In this document: one piece after another, positions 24,401 to 35,602 of the stretch
Numbering within the stretch: position 1 is the first letter of the stretch
Layout of the letters: every line of letters begins with the position of its first letter
Origin: Gracilinanus agilis
Lineage: Eukaryota
Assembly: GCF_016433145.1 (NCBI RefSeq)
Contig: NC_058131.1
Span: 231,628,115 to 231,692,114 of the forward strand
Reading direction: 5' to 3'
DNA: 64,000 nucleotides
Position numbers and translations under genes: made by a program
Notes under the pieces: model-generated
The model's database searches: none
Told to the model about the DNA's origin: nothing
What the model saw: only the letters and a program-made list of their open reading frames with translations

Positions 24401-27400
24401 GTGACCAATCTCTGCCAGTAGGAGTTCTTGGAGCTCAAAATGAAAGGTTCTCTTCCAACCTGGAAGTGGAGGCTTCCCCACAAGCTTCAGGTAGGAAAAA
24501 TCAACTTACTCTAACACTGCCCATTTGTTCAGCTGCCCTTTCTTTTGTTTCTTTCCATATGAAATCAAACTCTTGAGGAAATAAGAGGTGAGCTGGAGAT
24601 AAAAGAATGAAAGAAGGAGAGGAAAGGAAAGTGAGAATGAAAAGCCTAGAACTTAAAAATGCCAGGTCATAAGACATCTCAGTTAGATGCTTGGATTCTG
24701 AAGATATCTCCTCTCTCCTTTTTGTTCTTATTAGAAAGATAAATCAGGCTAGGATAGATATTCTCTAAAATAGCTTTCAATTATAGTATGGCTATAAGAA
24801 AACTGCTGAGTTAGTTGAATTCTCTCTTCTCAAAGACTGGTAAATGTACAATTGCACATCCTAGCTCACTCATTTAAATTAATTTTTCAGCTGAATGGTG
24901 CAGTGGATAGCATGCTGGGCCAGGAGTCAGGAAGACCTGAGTCCAAATGTGGTATAGAACAGAGATTGGGGCAATTTTTTGTCAAGTGAGTAGTATTATG
25001 CCTGATAAAAGTGGGATGCCTTGGGTGACTTCTGGAACTCAGAAGTAGAAGGGAGCAAGTCCTAGTTTTTTAGCTAGGGCTAATGTTATTAGGAGTGATG
25101 CTCATTGATTAGAAACTTGGGATAGGGTTCATTGATTGGTTATAAATGTGTTATAGATAATAGAAAATATGATGATTATAGATGCTGTGACTTGAATTAA
25201 GAAATATTTGATTGTGGATTCTGTATTATGTATGTGGTATGGATAGATTATTATTGGAATGATGGGGGTAGTGTGTTAATTTCCAAGCCTATTCATGCGG
25301 TTAATCAGTGGTTACTAATTAGTGTAACTGTTGTGCCTATTAGTAAGCTAAGTGAGATAATTTTTAGTAAGTATGGAGACATTAGTATGGGAAGGATGTA
25401 AACCAACATTTTTGGGTATGGACCCGATAGCTGATCTTACTAGAATGTGGTATAAAGGAAACACAGAGAATTTTGAGTTCTTAGATGTAGGTTCAATTCT
25501 TTTTGTTCTAGAAATAAGGGTTTAAATCCCTATAATTTATCCTATCAAGATAATTCTTTTTGTTCAGACATTTGGGGGTGGGGTGCTTGATATTGCAATT
25601 GGAATGGAAATAAATCATAAGCAGAACACTAGAATAATTGGTAGGAAATTTTTTCATAATAAGTACATTAGTCGATTATATAGGAATCATGAATATGATG
25701 TTTGGATTCATAAGAAAGCTACTGTTATTGCTTTAATTATGAAGATTGTTGAATTAAGGTAAGGAAAATTATAATTGAGGGATGAACCTAGGAAGACAAT
25801 AGTTGTTATGGCATTTATTACAATGATATTAGTGTATTTTGCTAGAAAAAATATGGCAAATGGTCCTGCAGTGTATTCTACATTGAAGCCTGATAAGAGT
25901 TCTGATTCTCCTTCTGTTAGATCAAATGGAGCTCAGTTTGTTTCGACTAATGTGGAAATACATCATATTATGGCTAGGGGCCATGTTGAGGTAATTAATC
26001 ATATGTTTTCTTGGGTAATTGTTAGGTTTTTTAGGGTGAAAGAGCTGTTAATAAATAGGTTGGAAAGTAAAATAATAGCTAGTGTTACTTTGTATGAAAT
26101 TGTTTGAGCAACTGCTTGTAGGGCTCCAATTAGGACATATTTGGAATTTGATGCTCATCCTGATCATAAAATTGAGTAAGCGGACAGTCCAGATAGGGCT
26201 AAAATAAATAAAAGCCCAAGGTTGAGATCAATTAGGGTATGGGGTATGGGTAGTGAGGTTCAAATGGTTAGGGCGAGGGTAATGGCTAAAATTGGTGCAA
26301 TAATGAATATTGAAATTGATTGACCTTTGTGCTTTGTGACCTTATGCAAGCCATTTAACCCTCTCTACCTCAGTTTCCTCATCTATAAAATGAGCTGGAG
26401 ATGGAAATGGCAAACCACTCTAGTATCCCTGGCAAAAAACCCCCAAAGGAGGTTATGAAGAGTTGGATGAGACTGAAAACTCAAAAATAACAAAGATCTT
26501 CATCATTTTCTTTAGTTCAACTATGCAAATTAATCGATACTAGGACCTAATACCCTTCCCTGAAAACATATTCTGATCACCTATGGTGGTATAAAGGGGA
26601 TCCTGGGTTCTTCGTATACCAGTAGGACACAAATTCTACAGGTCCTACCCATCTGGAAAAGCCTCAAGTACTGCATTGGACTCTTGTTATCTAGTGACTA
26701 GCCTAACTATGTTTAAGGAGGACCATCACTGGAGGTCCTGTAGGATAATGAAATTTTTGGTTGTATCAGTTGTCAAAGATGATTTACTTAGTTATAACTG
26801 GATTAGAGTCAGCATTGATGGAAATAATATCTACATCAATGATATTATATATCTTTGAGGTTTTAGTGAGAGTGGTTGTGGACCTGGGAGAAGTCAGATC
26901 TGACTTAAAAAATATATTTAAAGTATCAGGCAAAGAGCCTAACAAATAGGAAACGTTAAATAGCAAAGAGAGTCTAGGAAAAATGGCTACAGACTTCACA
27001 GAATTGTCTGCTATTCATAGACATAAAACTTCCCTTCCTGGATCAGGTCTGGCCCAAAGAGATCTGACCAAATGAGGAGAGTGATAATTTTGACTTCCTG
27101 GAACAATGCCAGGGAACCAGAAGAAAAGGCTAGAAAACAGGCTCCATGTAAAGGAGGAACTCAAAGGTAGCATCTCCATGAGCTCCTGAGCTAGGCATGG
27201 AAACTCCCATCTTTTTTTATCTCCCCTTTAAGAGTCCAGGGAAAGGGGGATTTTCTGAATTTGTTTCCCTTTTAGAGTAACATAATGGAGGGCACCTTTC
27301 ATGCTCTTTTCTAGAGATAGCTTCCTTGTCCATAGACAGAGGCTGCATAGACCATTGGTCTGACCTAATATTATATTGCTTATCCTCTTCATAGCCTTCA

Positions 27401-27758
27401 GACTCTTTGGCACATAATCTTCTTTTTATATGCTTTCACTAACCTTTCTGTGTTTATTTTGATGCTGATATTTGACTGTTGGAATCTTTTTCTAGGTGCT
27501 GAGGTAAATGCTTCTCCTCTTTGGAATTTGGCCCCAGTGAAAATAGAGTCCCAAGAGAGTGAAGAAGGCACTGTCTCTGGGCATGGCGTACTGGGCAGTG
27601 ATGTCTTTGAAGAGCCCATGTCAGGCATCAGTGAGGCTGGGATACCCCAGAGTCCTGATGGCTCAGAGAGCAGCTATGGATCCCACTCCCCTGACAGCCT
27701 CATGGGATCCTCCCCTGTATTCAACCAGCGTTGCAAGAAAAGAATAAGAAAAATATAG
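20989..27758 (+). CDS. SUPT7L: SPT7-like STAGA complex subunit gamma (STAF65-gamma), 412 aa
   Basis: Coding exons 20989-21401, 23148-23472, 24253-24490, 27496-27758 total 1239 nt in frame. [12 protein letters not shown]..., histone-fold/BTP region ([29 protein letters not shown]), ends [12 protein letters not shown]. Confidence 0.97.
21865..22062 (-). mobile_element. SINE (SINE1_Mdo-like), older copy
   Basis: Diverged reverse copy. Confidence 0.8.
22589..23114 (+). mobile_element. Solo LTR (ERV-derived)
   Basis: TG...CA termini (TGAAGATG...CCCTATCA); AATAAA at 22999-23004; 3' end resembles the 34003 LTR (AAAAGTCATT.TGACTT..AGTC.AACCATAA). Confidence 0.7.
23148..23472 (+). CDS. SUPT7L: SUPT7L coding exon 2
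   Basis: [11 protein letters not shown]...HSYMLQ; 325 nt. Confidence 0.96.
24253..24490 (+). CDS. SUPT7L: SUPT7L coding exon 3
   Basis: [16 protein letters not shown]...ASPQAS; 238 nt. Confidence 0.95.
24950..25382 (-). pseudogene. mt-ND2 pseudogene fragment (NUMT)
   Basis: ATG TCT CCA TAC start directly after tRNA-Met; truncated at about ...APISVLY. Confidence 0.92.
25383..25442 (-). pseudogene. mt-tRNA-Met pseudogene (NUMT), D-arm deletion
   Basis: AGTAAGATCAGCT-ATCGGGTCCATACCC...CCCATACTA; about 9 nt missing between AGCT repeats. Confidence 0.85.
25441..25511 (+). pseudogene. mt-tRNA-Gln pseudogene (NUMT)
   Basis: TAGAATG...TTCTAG termini; anticodon arm GAGAA-TTTTGAG-TTCTT. Confidence 0.85.
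25508..25573 (-). pseudogene. mt-tRNA-Ile pseudogene (NUMT)
   Basis: Anticodon arm TTATC-TTGATAG-GATAA; 5' end eroded. Confidence 0.85.
25575..26322 (-). pseudogene. mt-ND1 pseudogene fragment (NUMT)
   Basis: As above. ETNRAPF appears as GAAACAAACTGAGCTCCA (CGA>TGA). Confidence 0.93.
27496..27758 (+). CDS. SUPT7L: SUPT7L last coding exon
   Basis: [13 protein letters not shown]...RIRKI*; TAG at 27756-27758. Confidence 0.96.
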
Positions 27759-29227
27759 GAGGAAAAGGAAGAGCTTTTATTCCAAACCAATAAGGTGCCA
27801 ATCATGAGCAGTGAATGGAGATAGAGGAGTCCAGAGGATGTTCCCAGGATCTCCAGAAATGGGTTTGGCCAAAAGTGTTTTTTCCCCTCTGTGGAGGCTT
27901 TCAGCACAGTTTTGCATGCACAAAAACTAAACAGAAACAGAGGTGGTAATCATGAGACCCGAGTTCTGTTTTGGCTTTAATACTGACTTTGGGATGGGAA
28001 CAAGTTACTGAACTCTGAATCTGGTTCTTCTTTTCTGCCATGAAAAACACACACATGTTGGCTGCAACCTGTCTCCCTGAGAGAGTTTTGGAGATAGTTA
28101 TGGTGATTAACCAGATATCTGTTAAGGCTATTACTTAATAGCTATGTTTAGACTTGGACCCTCTACATATACAGGGATTTTGTACATATGTATTTTATTT
28201 CGTTTCCTTTATTAACAAGTGGAAGTCACTGAATCAAATATTGGTACCTAACAGCAAATAGCCAACACAAATAAATGGCTTCTCCCACCAGTAAATATCA
28301 GCAGTGCCACTCGTGACATTTTTTTAAGCTAGAGGCCTTTGGTGTGAACACATGTCACTCCAACCCCCTCAGTCCCCTCTTTTCTCTTCATCATCTTTCT
28401 TTTCTTCTTGTTTCTTCTTTGTCCTCCAACCTCTTGAGCAGGCCTTCTCCCCAACTTCATTTTTTGTAATGTGTGTTGCCTTCTTTCATACTTATGTATG
28501 TAATGGTATTGGGGTGGAGTGTGGTTAAGTAAAACTGGGAAAAGTAAAGGAAAATTCTTTGGCCTGTGGAGTGGCCTGCATATTAGTGTTCTGATGGTTT
28601 ATCTAGGAACAAAGTTGTGCTGTTACTGCTGTTCCCCATATCATCTGAACAAACATTTATTAAGCACTTATTCACATCTAGAGCACTGGAAATACAAAGG
28701 CAGAACAAAACTCTGCCTGGTTAAGGAGTTTACTCTGTGGTAGGGAATTATATAACATGCACAATTTTATATATAATGTAATAAAAAAAATTTTTAAGAG
28801 CCTAAGCTAACATGGACCAGGCCTGGGCCTGGCTGGTGACCTGACTGCACTGAATCATTTTTTTCTCCTTACCTGTTATCCCTACTTAGAGTTACTTCAG
28901 AAAAGTCTTCTAACATACTCATGCTAAAATCATGTCTAGGTTTCCCTAAATGAAGCTAATAGAATCCTCAGCTCCTTTGGTGCAGGGAATAAATAAAGTC
29001 TTAGATCCAGGGTCATAAAGATCTGAGTTCAAATCCAGTCTTAGATACTTAACTATAACCCTGGACAAGTCATTTAACTTCGGTTGGTCTCAGTTTCATC
29101 AACTGTAAAATGAGGATAATAACAGCACCTACCTTGAGAGTTGTTGTGAAAATTAAAAGAGATAGTATTTGTAAAGTGATTGGTATCACGTCTGGCACTT
29201 AATAGGTACTTAATAATGCTTATTCTG

Positions 29228-29375
29228 AGGCAGCTAGGTAGCACAGTGAATAGAACATCAGGCCTGGAGATGAGAGAACTTGAGTTCAAATCTAACCTCA
29301 AATACTTCCTAGGTGTGTGGCCTATCTTCTATCTTAAAGTTGTTACTAAGACAGAAAGTAAGGATTTTTAAAAAT
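29228..29375 (+). mobile_element. SINE with internal deletion
   Basis: Head and tail of the family with the middle missing. Confidence 0.7.
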
Positions 29376-31019
29376 AAAAATGCTTATTCACTATATGCAA
29401 CATGGGTGAGGGACAGCTTTTCTTTCCCACACAGAAAATGCATGAAACATAAAGGACTTGAAGACCTCATGAACAAATGTAGAAAACAAAGCACACGATG
29501 GAGCTTTCTCCACGAGCCCCAAATTTAGGAATCAAACTTGGGAGTTGCCAGTAGAGGCATATCCTGCCTTCATAGGGAAATCTCCAATAAAATCATGCTG
29601 TCCCCAAGTGTGTCAATCTGTAGTTTAGATTCTCCCCAGTAATAGCATTTCAAGGCGGTGAACAAGCATTTCACTTCCCATTAGACCCTCACTGTAGACT
29701 TGGCTTATTCATTGGCTTTGTTCTCCATCTAAGATACTACATAGGAATTATGTGGGTAATTTTTCTCCAAAAAACACCTGACTTTTCTTTTGGAGGGCAG
29801 TGATCACATAGCTGGTCTAAATTTTTCCTACTCAGTAGGAGTAGTTAACCAATAACAATTGGTGGGAAAATTGAATAACAATGGAGAAAAGGAAGTTAGA
29901 TCTACATTTTGTATCATCAAGAATAGATTCCAAATCAGTGATCTAAATTTAAAAACATTGGAAAGTTGGAAGAAAATGGAATGACTGCTACACCATAGTT
30001 GTGAAAAGGAAGAAAACTGTGGTTAAAATGTAAAAAATAAACAAAACAAAAAGGGTTGATCACAGAAAATTCAACAGATCTTGTACAATAAGTCATTCAC
30101 AATTTTTTAAAAAGGGAAAAAATATATTGCAAATCCTGTTGACAAAAAAGCAAACATACAAAATCTACAAAGAATGAATTTATAAGTACCCAAAGTTTGA
30201 GGGGTATGTAGAAAGAAATCTAAATTATCAACCACCACCAGAAAAATTCATGCAGTGCCCTAGTAATGAGAGAAATATGCATTAACATATTATTTTGGAC
30301 CAAACTTTTAACTTGATTAATATAGGAAATTCCCCAAAGGGCAATCCCACTAATGCCAGTCAGCACCTGCTTTGTAACTAATAATAGTCTTGGAGAGTTA
30401 TCTGGGCCACTTGGAGGTCCTGTAACCCTCCAGGGTCAAAAGTAGTTATAAATGATAAAATCAGGGTTTATGGGCCATGGAGAAAGGATACACTATTTGC
30501 AGGCTGGGAGAAGCCAAATGGGTGCAATCTTTTTGGAAAGCAAGATGGTGATGTGTGAGAATCAAAACTTCACAAAAATCTGAGTTGGAAGAGACCTCAG
30601 AGGCTATCTGCTGCCCTCCATATTTGAAATGCCATCTACATGCTAGTTGAATGTAAGCTTTTTATAGATAAGGGCTATGTCTTAACGTCTTCTTAAATCT
30701 TCAGTGCCTGGCATGTAGTAGGTACCTAATATTTGCTGGATTATATATAATGACAAGTGCCCAGCCAACCTTTGTGTGGAGATATACAAAGAAAAATAAA
30801 GTGGAAAAAAAAGAAAAGCTTCAATGTGTACTTGGAGTTAATCAGCATTTTTTCAACTGAATCCTGTGAAGCCCATTACTTTTTTTTTTTTTTTAACCCT
30901 TATCTTCTTAGTTGATACTGTGTTTTGGTTCCAAGAGAGAAGAGCAATAAGGGGTAGGAAATGGGATTAAGTGACTTGCCCAGGGTCACAGAGCTGGGAA
31001 GTATCTGAGGCCAGGAAAC

Positions 31020-31720
31020 CCATTAATGTTTTTCTTTGTCAAGATATTTTATTTTACCAATTATATATAATAATTTCCCAAATAAGTTTTCTAAAGTTAC
31101 ATGATCCAAATTGTCTCCTTCCCTCCCCTTTCCCAGAGATAGTAAGCAATTTGAATTATACATATTTTATGCAAAACACATTTCCATGTTATTTGTGTAA
31201 GAGAACATTCATTTAAAATAAAAACTCCAAAATAAAAACCCAAATAAAGTGAAAAATCGTATGCTTTGGTCTGTATTCTGACTCTAACAGTTCTTTCTCT
31301 GAGGGTGGATAGCATTCTTTGTCAGAAATCCCTCAGAATTACCTTGGATCATTGTATTGCTGAGAGTAGCCAAGTCTTTCACAGTTGATCATTCCACATT
31401 TTTGCTATTAATGTGTACAATGTTCTGGTTCTGCTTATTTCACTCTGCATCAGTTCATATTGGACTTTCTAGCTCTTAATGAAATCATTCCTTACAGTAT
31501 AATAAGTAGTATCTCGTCACCATCATAAATGATAACTTGGTCAGCCATTCCCCAATGGATGGACATCCCCTCGATTTCCAATTCTTTGCCATCACAAAAA
31601 GGTTGCTATATTTTTGTACAGGTAGATCTCTTTTTAAAAAATTCGTAGTTGTGTTATTATTGGATCAAAGAAACCTATTACTACTTAAGGCAGCCCATTA
31701 CACTTTGGGGCAGCTTTAAC
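31020..31720 (-). mobile_element. Marsupial L1 3' end
   Basis: Reverse of the L1 3' UTR seen at 47780-48840. Confidence 0.75.
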
Positions 31721-32385
31721 TTTAATTTTAGAAAGTTTTTTCCTAATACCAGGTGGCAGATTTCTCGTTAGGGATCATTGTGAGGTGGTTTTCCTTCTCC
31801 TTTTTGACACTGAATTGGAGCACACTTCATAGCATTCCTCTACAGATGGCCTTTGAGTGTATCTGTTGCTGAAATCAAAATGAGAGACAGGATGCAGAAG
31901 ATGGCAAGAGTGGGGCCACTTTAGGAATTCCTATTTCCCAGGAGTGACTGGATTCAGTTCCTTCGGAATGAACACTGTCAAGCTTTCCTTTTATTTAGTC
32001 CATGTGATTTCTTTAAGGCAACACTAAAAAGAGAATAATGACTGGGACCTCCAAGTGGGTAGGAAGACAAACCTGCCATGGCACACATTATGTCTTATGG
32101 AATTTCTCCCTCTAGGAATACCACCAAACCTGGGACACTAGGGGGAAGTCACCATATGATTCTTGTGTATGCTTAGTTGAACTGACATGGCTCAAGCTTC
32201 GAGTATCACCTGGTAACAAACAGATCTCAGTAACTGCTCCAAGCCAAGCATTATTTAGGTAGAAATGCTGTCCATATGGGTTCAAAGTGTTTAATATAAA
32301 TCAAGGGAATTGGAGTAGATTGACCTCCGAGGTCCTGCCTAGCTCCTGGCATAGCAAACCTGCCAGACTCTCAGACCACCATTCT

Positions 32386-32598
32386 ATTTTTTTTTTAATT
32401 GTAAAATTCGAAACCTTGTCTTCTCTCTTAAAATCAATACTGTCGATACTGGTTCCAAGGCAGAAGAGTGGCAAGGACTAGAAAATGGGGTTATGTGACT
32501 TGTCCAAGATCACACAGTTAAATCTCTGAGATCAGATTTGAACCCAGGACCTACTGTTCTAGGCCTGGCTCTCTATTCATTGAGTCACCTAGCTGCCC
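32386..32598 (-). mobile_element. SINE (SINE1_Mdo-like)
   Basis: TSD CTC[A/C]GACCACCATTCT at 32370-32385 and 32599-32614. Confidence 0.88.
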
Positions 32599-32904
32599 CT
32601 CCGACCACCATTCTTTTTTCAACAATAATTTTTAATTGATTAATTTAGAATATTTTTCCATGGTTACATGATTCACATTCTTTCTCTCCCCACTCCTGGA
32701 GTCAGCAAGCAATTCCACTGGGTCAATCACCATTCTTTTTTGTTGTTGTTGTTTTGTTTTTCGATTATATTTTAATTTTTAATATTTTCCCAGTTACATG
32801 TTTCATGTTCTTTCCCTCTCCCCAAACCTCCCTAACCTCCCTTAGCTGACGCACAATTCCGCTGAGTTTTACATGTATCATTAAGACCTAATTCCATATT
32901 ACTT

Positions 32905-33095
32905 CCAACCACCATTCTTAACAAAACACTACACTATCAGCAAGGTGAAGGGAAAGTTAAACTGGTAGTTTCATTTTCTTCCATAAATTACTCCTACAGT
33001 CCCAACTCTCCACTTAAATTTGCTTCCTCCTTTCATGACCCTGAAGGGAAGCAATATTATATGTTAATTCTTGGCTTTCTCTTCACTCATTTCAT
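32905..33095 (-). pseudogene. Diverged genomic duplicate of SLC4A1AP exon 9 plus adjacent intron 9
   Basis: 24-nt exact match (33014-33037 = 1354-1377); donor GT at the same offset; flanking intron similarity. Confidence 0.85.
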
Positions 33096-34002
33096 AACCC
33101 CTTACAATCTACCTCCTGACCTCACCTATTGAAATCAATCTCTCCAAGGTTACCAAAGATTGACTTGTCAAATCCAGGAGCCTTTCCTCAGTCCCCATCC
33201 TTCTTAAGCTCATACCTTATTAATGATACGGTTGATAAAAGAACTGGCCTTAGAGTCAAACTTCTCCCTGATAGACAGGCAGTTGCTTAACTAGTATCCA
33301 GACAGACCTTATACGAATGTCCTTCCTCAAGTGGTGCTCACTCTCATTTCTCTCATTTTCTCCCTCTGGAATCCTAGAGACTGTTACTGATTTGTCATGA
33401 CTTAACACTACACTTGAGATCTTTGTATTCTCTTTCCATTAGATAAACATGCTGTCCTTATTTACAACTCTTATAATATACATCTAGCTATAATATAATC
33501 ACCTAGAATCCCTGTAGAATTTAGTAATACATAAAAGTTCAATTTTTTATCATTTCACTTTAGGAAGAATAGGGATTTCAGGCCAGTGAAAAGTGCTCTT
33601 TACAATTGCCTAAAACATAAATAAATGTATTTCTATACCGATGAAGTCCAGTGGTTTGAGTAAGGTAAAGAAAAGGCATATACACATGATATCCTTTGAT
33701 CCTTTGGGCTCTAAGACAGGGCAAATAATATCCCTGCACGTGTATATATAAAATAAATGTTTGGGAGGACCTGGGTTCAAATATGGCCTCAGACACTTCT
33801 TAACTGTGTGACCTTGGACGGGCACTTAACTTCTGACTTATACTTAGTATTGATTTTAAGACAGAAAGTAAAGGTTCTTAAAATAAATAGAGCAGCTGGC
33901 TTAGAGTGGGAGGGAATGGGGAGAAGGGGTTTATGCTAGTCTCCAAAAAAATGTGGACACTGATTCAAAAGTATCATGAGCAGAAAATAACCTATTATTT
34001 TT

Positions 34003-34748
34003 TGAAGATGGGATTGACTCTCCCCTTGCCTACTTTTAAATTTAATCAACCAAAAGTGAAGACATTCCTACTTAACATTAAGTAGGGGAGGTTCACAAAC
34101 CACTTACTAAAATGAGATACACCTTCAGAAGCAACTGACTGCCCCTTGGGCAGTGCTAAGTAAATTTAAAGACTACAATTGGTCCCTGTAAAGTGGAGGA
34201 AGGGACAGGAAGTAATGTAAAAAAAGGACTATAAAAGATGATGAACTTCCTGTCCAAGAGGTCTATCCTGAATTTTCAGGTTGGAGGATCTTCTCCTTTG
34301 GGACTTCAGTCTCGGCTTCACTTGGACCCGGGACTCTGGCACTTGAACTGTTTCTGGTAAGATCTTTGATCTTCTCCCTTTGGACTTCAAATTGGGTGAG
34401 TGAAAAAAGCTGACCCTCCTTTCCTGGCTTCAGGAGAGTTTAGTTCCGGAGAGGTCTTCCCTTCTTGGAGGAGGACACATGGGTTGAGCCCTTGCTTAAT
34501 TCACCACCAAGTTCTCCAGCTGAGGGGTTAACGAGCCCTGTGTGGGTTGAGCCAGAGGCTGGAACAACATTTAGGGTGATAAGCTAGACTTCTTACTCTA
34601 CCCTCTTTCACATTTCTCTACTTTCACTCTTTCCCTCTTTTTGTAAATAAAACTGCTAAAAAGTCATTTTGACTTCAGCTGTATTAATTTTTAACATCGG
34701 TGACCACTTTCTCTTATATTTAGTCTAACCATAAATTCAATCCCTACA
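34003..34748 (+). mobile_element. Solo LTR (ERV-derived)
   Basis: TGAAGATG...CCCTACA; TATAAAA at 34230-34236; AATAAA at 34646-34651; near-TSD TTTTT/CTTTT. Confidence 0.72.
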
Positions 34749-35516
34749 CTTTTCATGGTAAATTAAAAAAAAACAATATCTAAGACTAGACTATAGACAT
34801 GTAGGCTTAATTCTTCATTCAGAATGAGGAAGAAGTCTGCTTATAGGGAATCCTGAAACCTAAGTAATTTCTTACTCATTTCAAATCATGACACATAGGC
34901 TTACAAAGTTAAATAAATTATTTATCGACATTCCAACACAAAGCAGAGCATTCATATTTTCCTCCAACAGGCTTGAGGTCCTATAAACAACATAATACTA
35001 GACAGGTTCTAGCACTGACACTGACCAGAGAAGATGTTGCCATTCCTGGCTCATGAGGAATCACCCTCAGCTCTGTTTGTCACACAGAGAAAGGGGTTCA
35101 TGCAGTTCAAGGGCATAGACAAGAAAGGGAGAAGTATAGGCTGTAGAACCAGCCTCCCAAAGGAGATGCAAAGGATCATTGAGTTCCAGCTCTCAATTTC
35201 TACTCAATAGCAGCAGATACTTGACTTTAACATGACAAAAAGATAACAAAGTCTCAGGGCTGCAACATTATAAGCTTTCTATCCAGAGGGCTTTGGAAAG
35301 GTGAAAAGGAATCCAGTTTTTCTCTTCTAGGTTCCAGGAGTAAGAACACATTTGCCTGATCACCAAATCTCCCTAACATTAAGACCAAAAGGTCTCATCT
35401 TTAAGGTCAAAACCAGTAGAAGACAACAGCAGCTCCTTCATGCAGAACTCTGGGACTCAGGATTTTAAATAACCCAAGTACAGTCCCCTAATATCTCTCT
35501 CCTCCTGTTTACTTAT

Positions 35517-35602
35517 TTATTCATTGCTTCTGTTCCTGTACCATGTCACCGATTCCTGCATAAAATTCTTGAAAGCTGGTTCTTCATGGCTTTCTTCTGT
35601 AA
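35517..35602 (-). CDS. GPN1: GPN1 exon 14 (last coding exon)
   Basis: [27 protein letters not shown]; TAA at 35519-35517. Confidence 0.94.

Larger units (their letters stand above)
24950..26322 (-). pseudogene. NUMT: nuclear copy of mtDNA (ND1 3' part, tRNA-Ile, tRNA-Gln, tRNA-Met, ND2 5' part)
   Basis: Colinear mitochondrial gene order. ND1 motifs LSGLS.YSILWSGWASNSKY and [15 protein letters not shown]; ND2 start MSPYLL and PF.FWVPEVTQG..LLTWQKIAP. Contains indels and CpG-decay substitutions. Confidence 0.96.
24888..26490 (+). mobile_element. MAR1-type marsupial SINE split by the NUMT (halves about 24888-24952 and 26323-26490)
   Basis: 5' half has the tRNA-like head (GGTGCAGTGGATAG..GAGTCAGGAAGACCTGAGTCCAAAT). 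3' half continues with TGTGACC..CTCAGTTTCCTCATCT..AAATGAGCTGGAG..GGCAAACCACTC. Confidence 0.8.

Noticed and set aside
25775-26107. 110-aa + strand ORF
   Set aside because: It is the antisense reading of the ND1 NUMT.
26560-27220. Non-repetitive-looking segment next to the NUMT, considered as a retrocopy or LINE RT remnant (IYINDI)
   Set aside because: All frames contain stops and I cannot match it to any family; not mitochondrial. It needs BLASTX/Dfam before any claim.
35516-35521. AATAAA overlapping the GPN1 stop codon on the - strand
   Set aside because: It would leave almost no 3' UTR, and the hexamer is common in AT-rich DNA; unsupported without 3'-seq.
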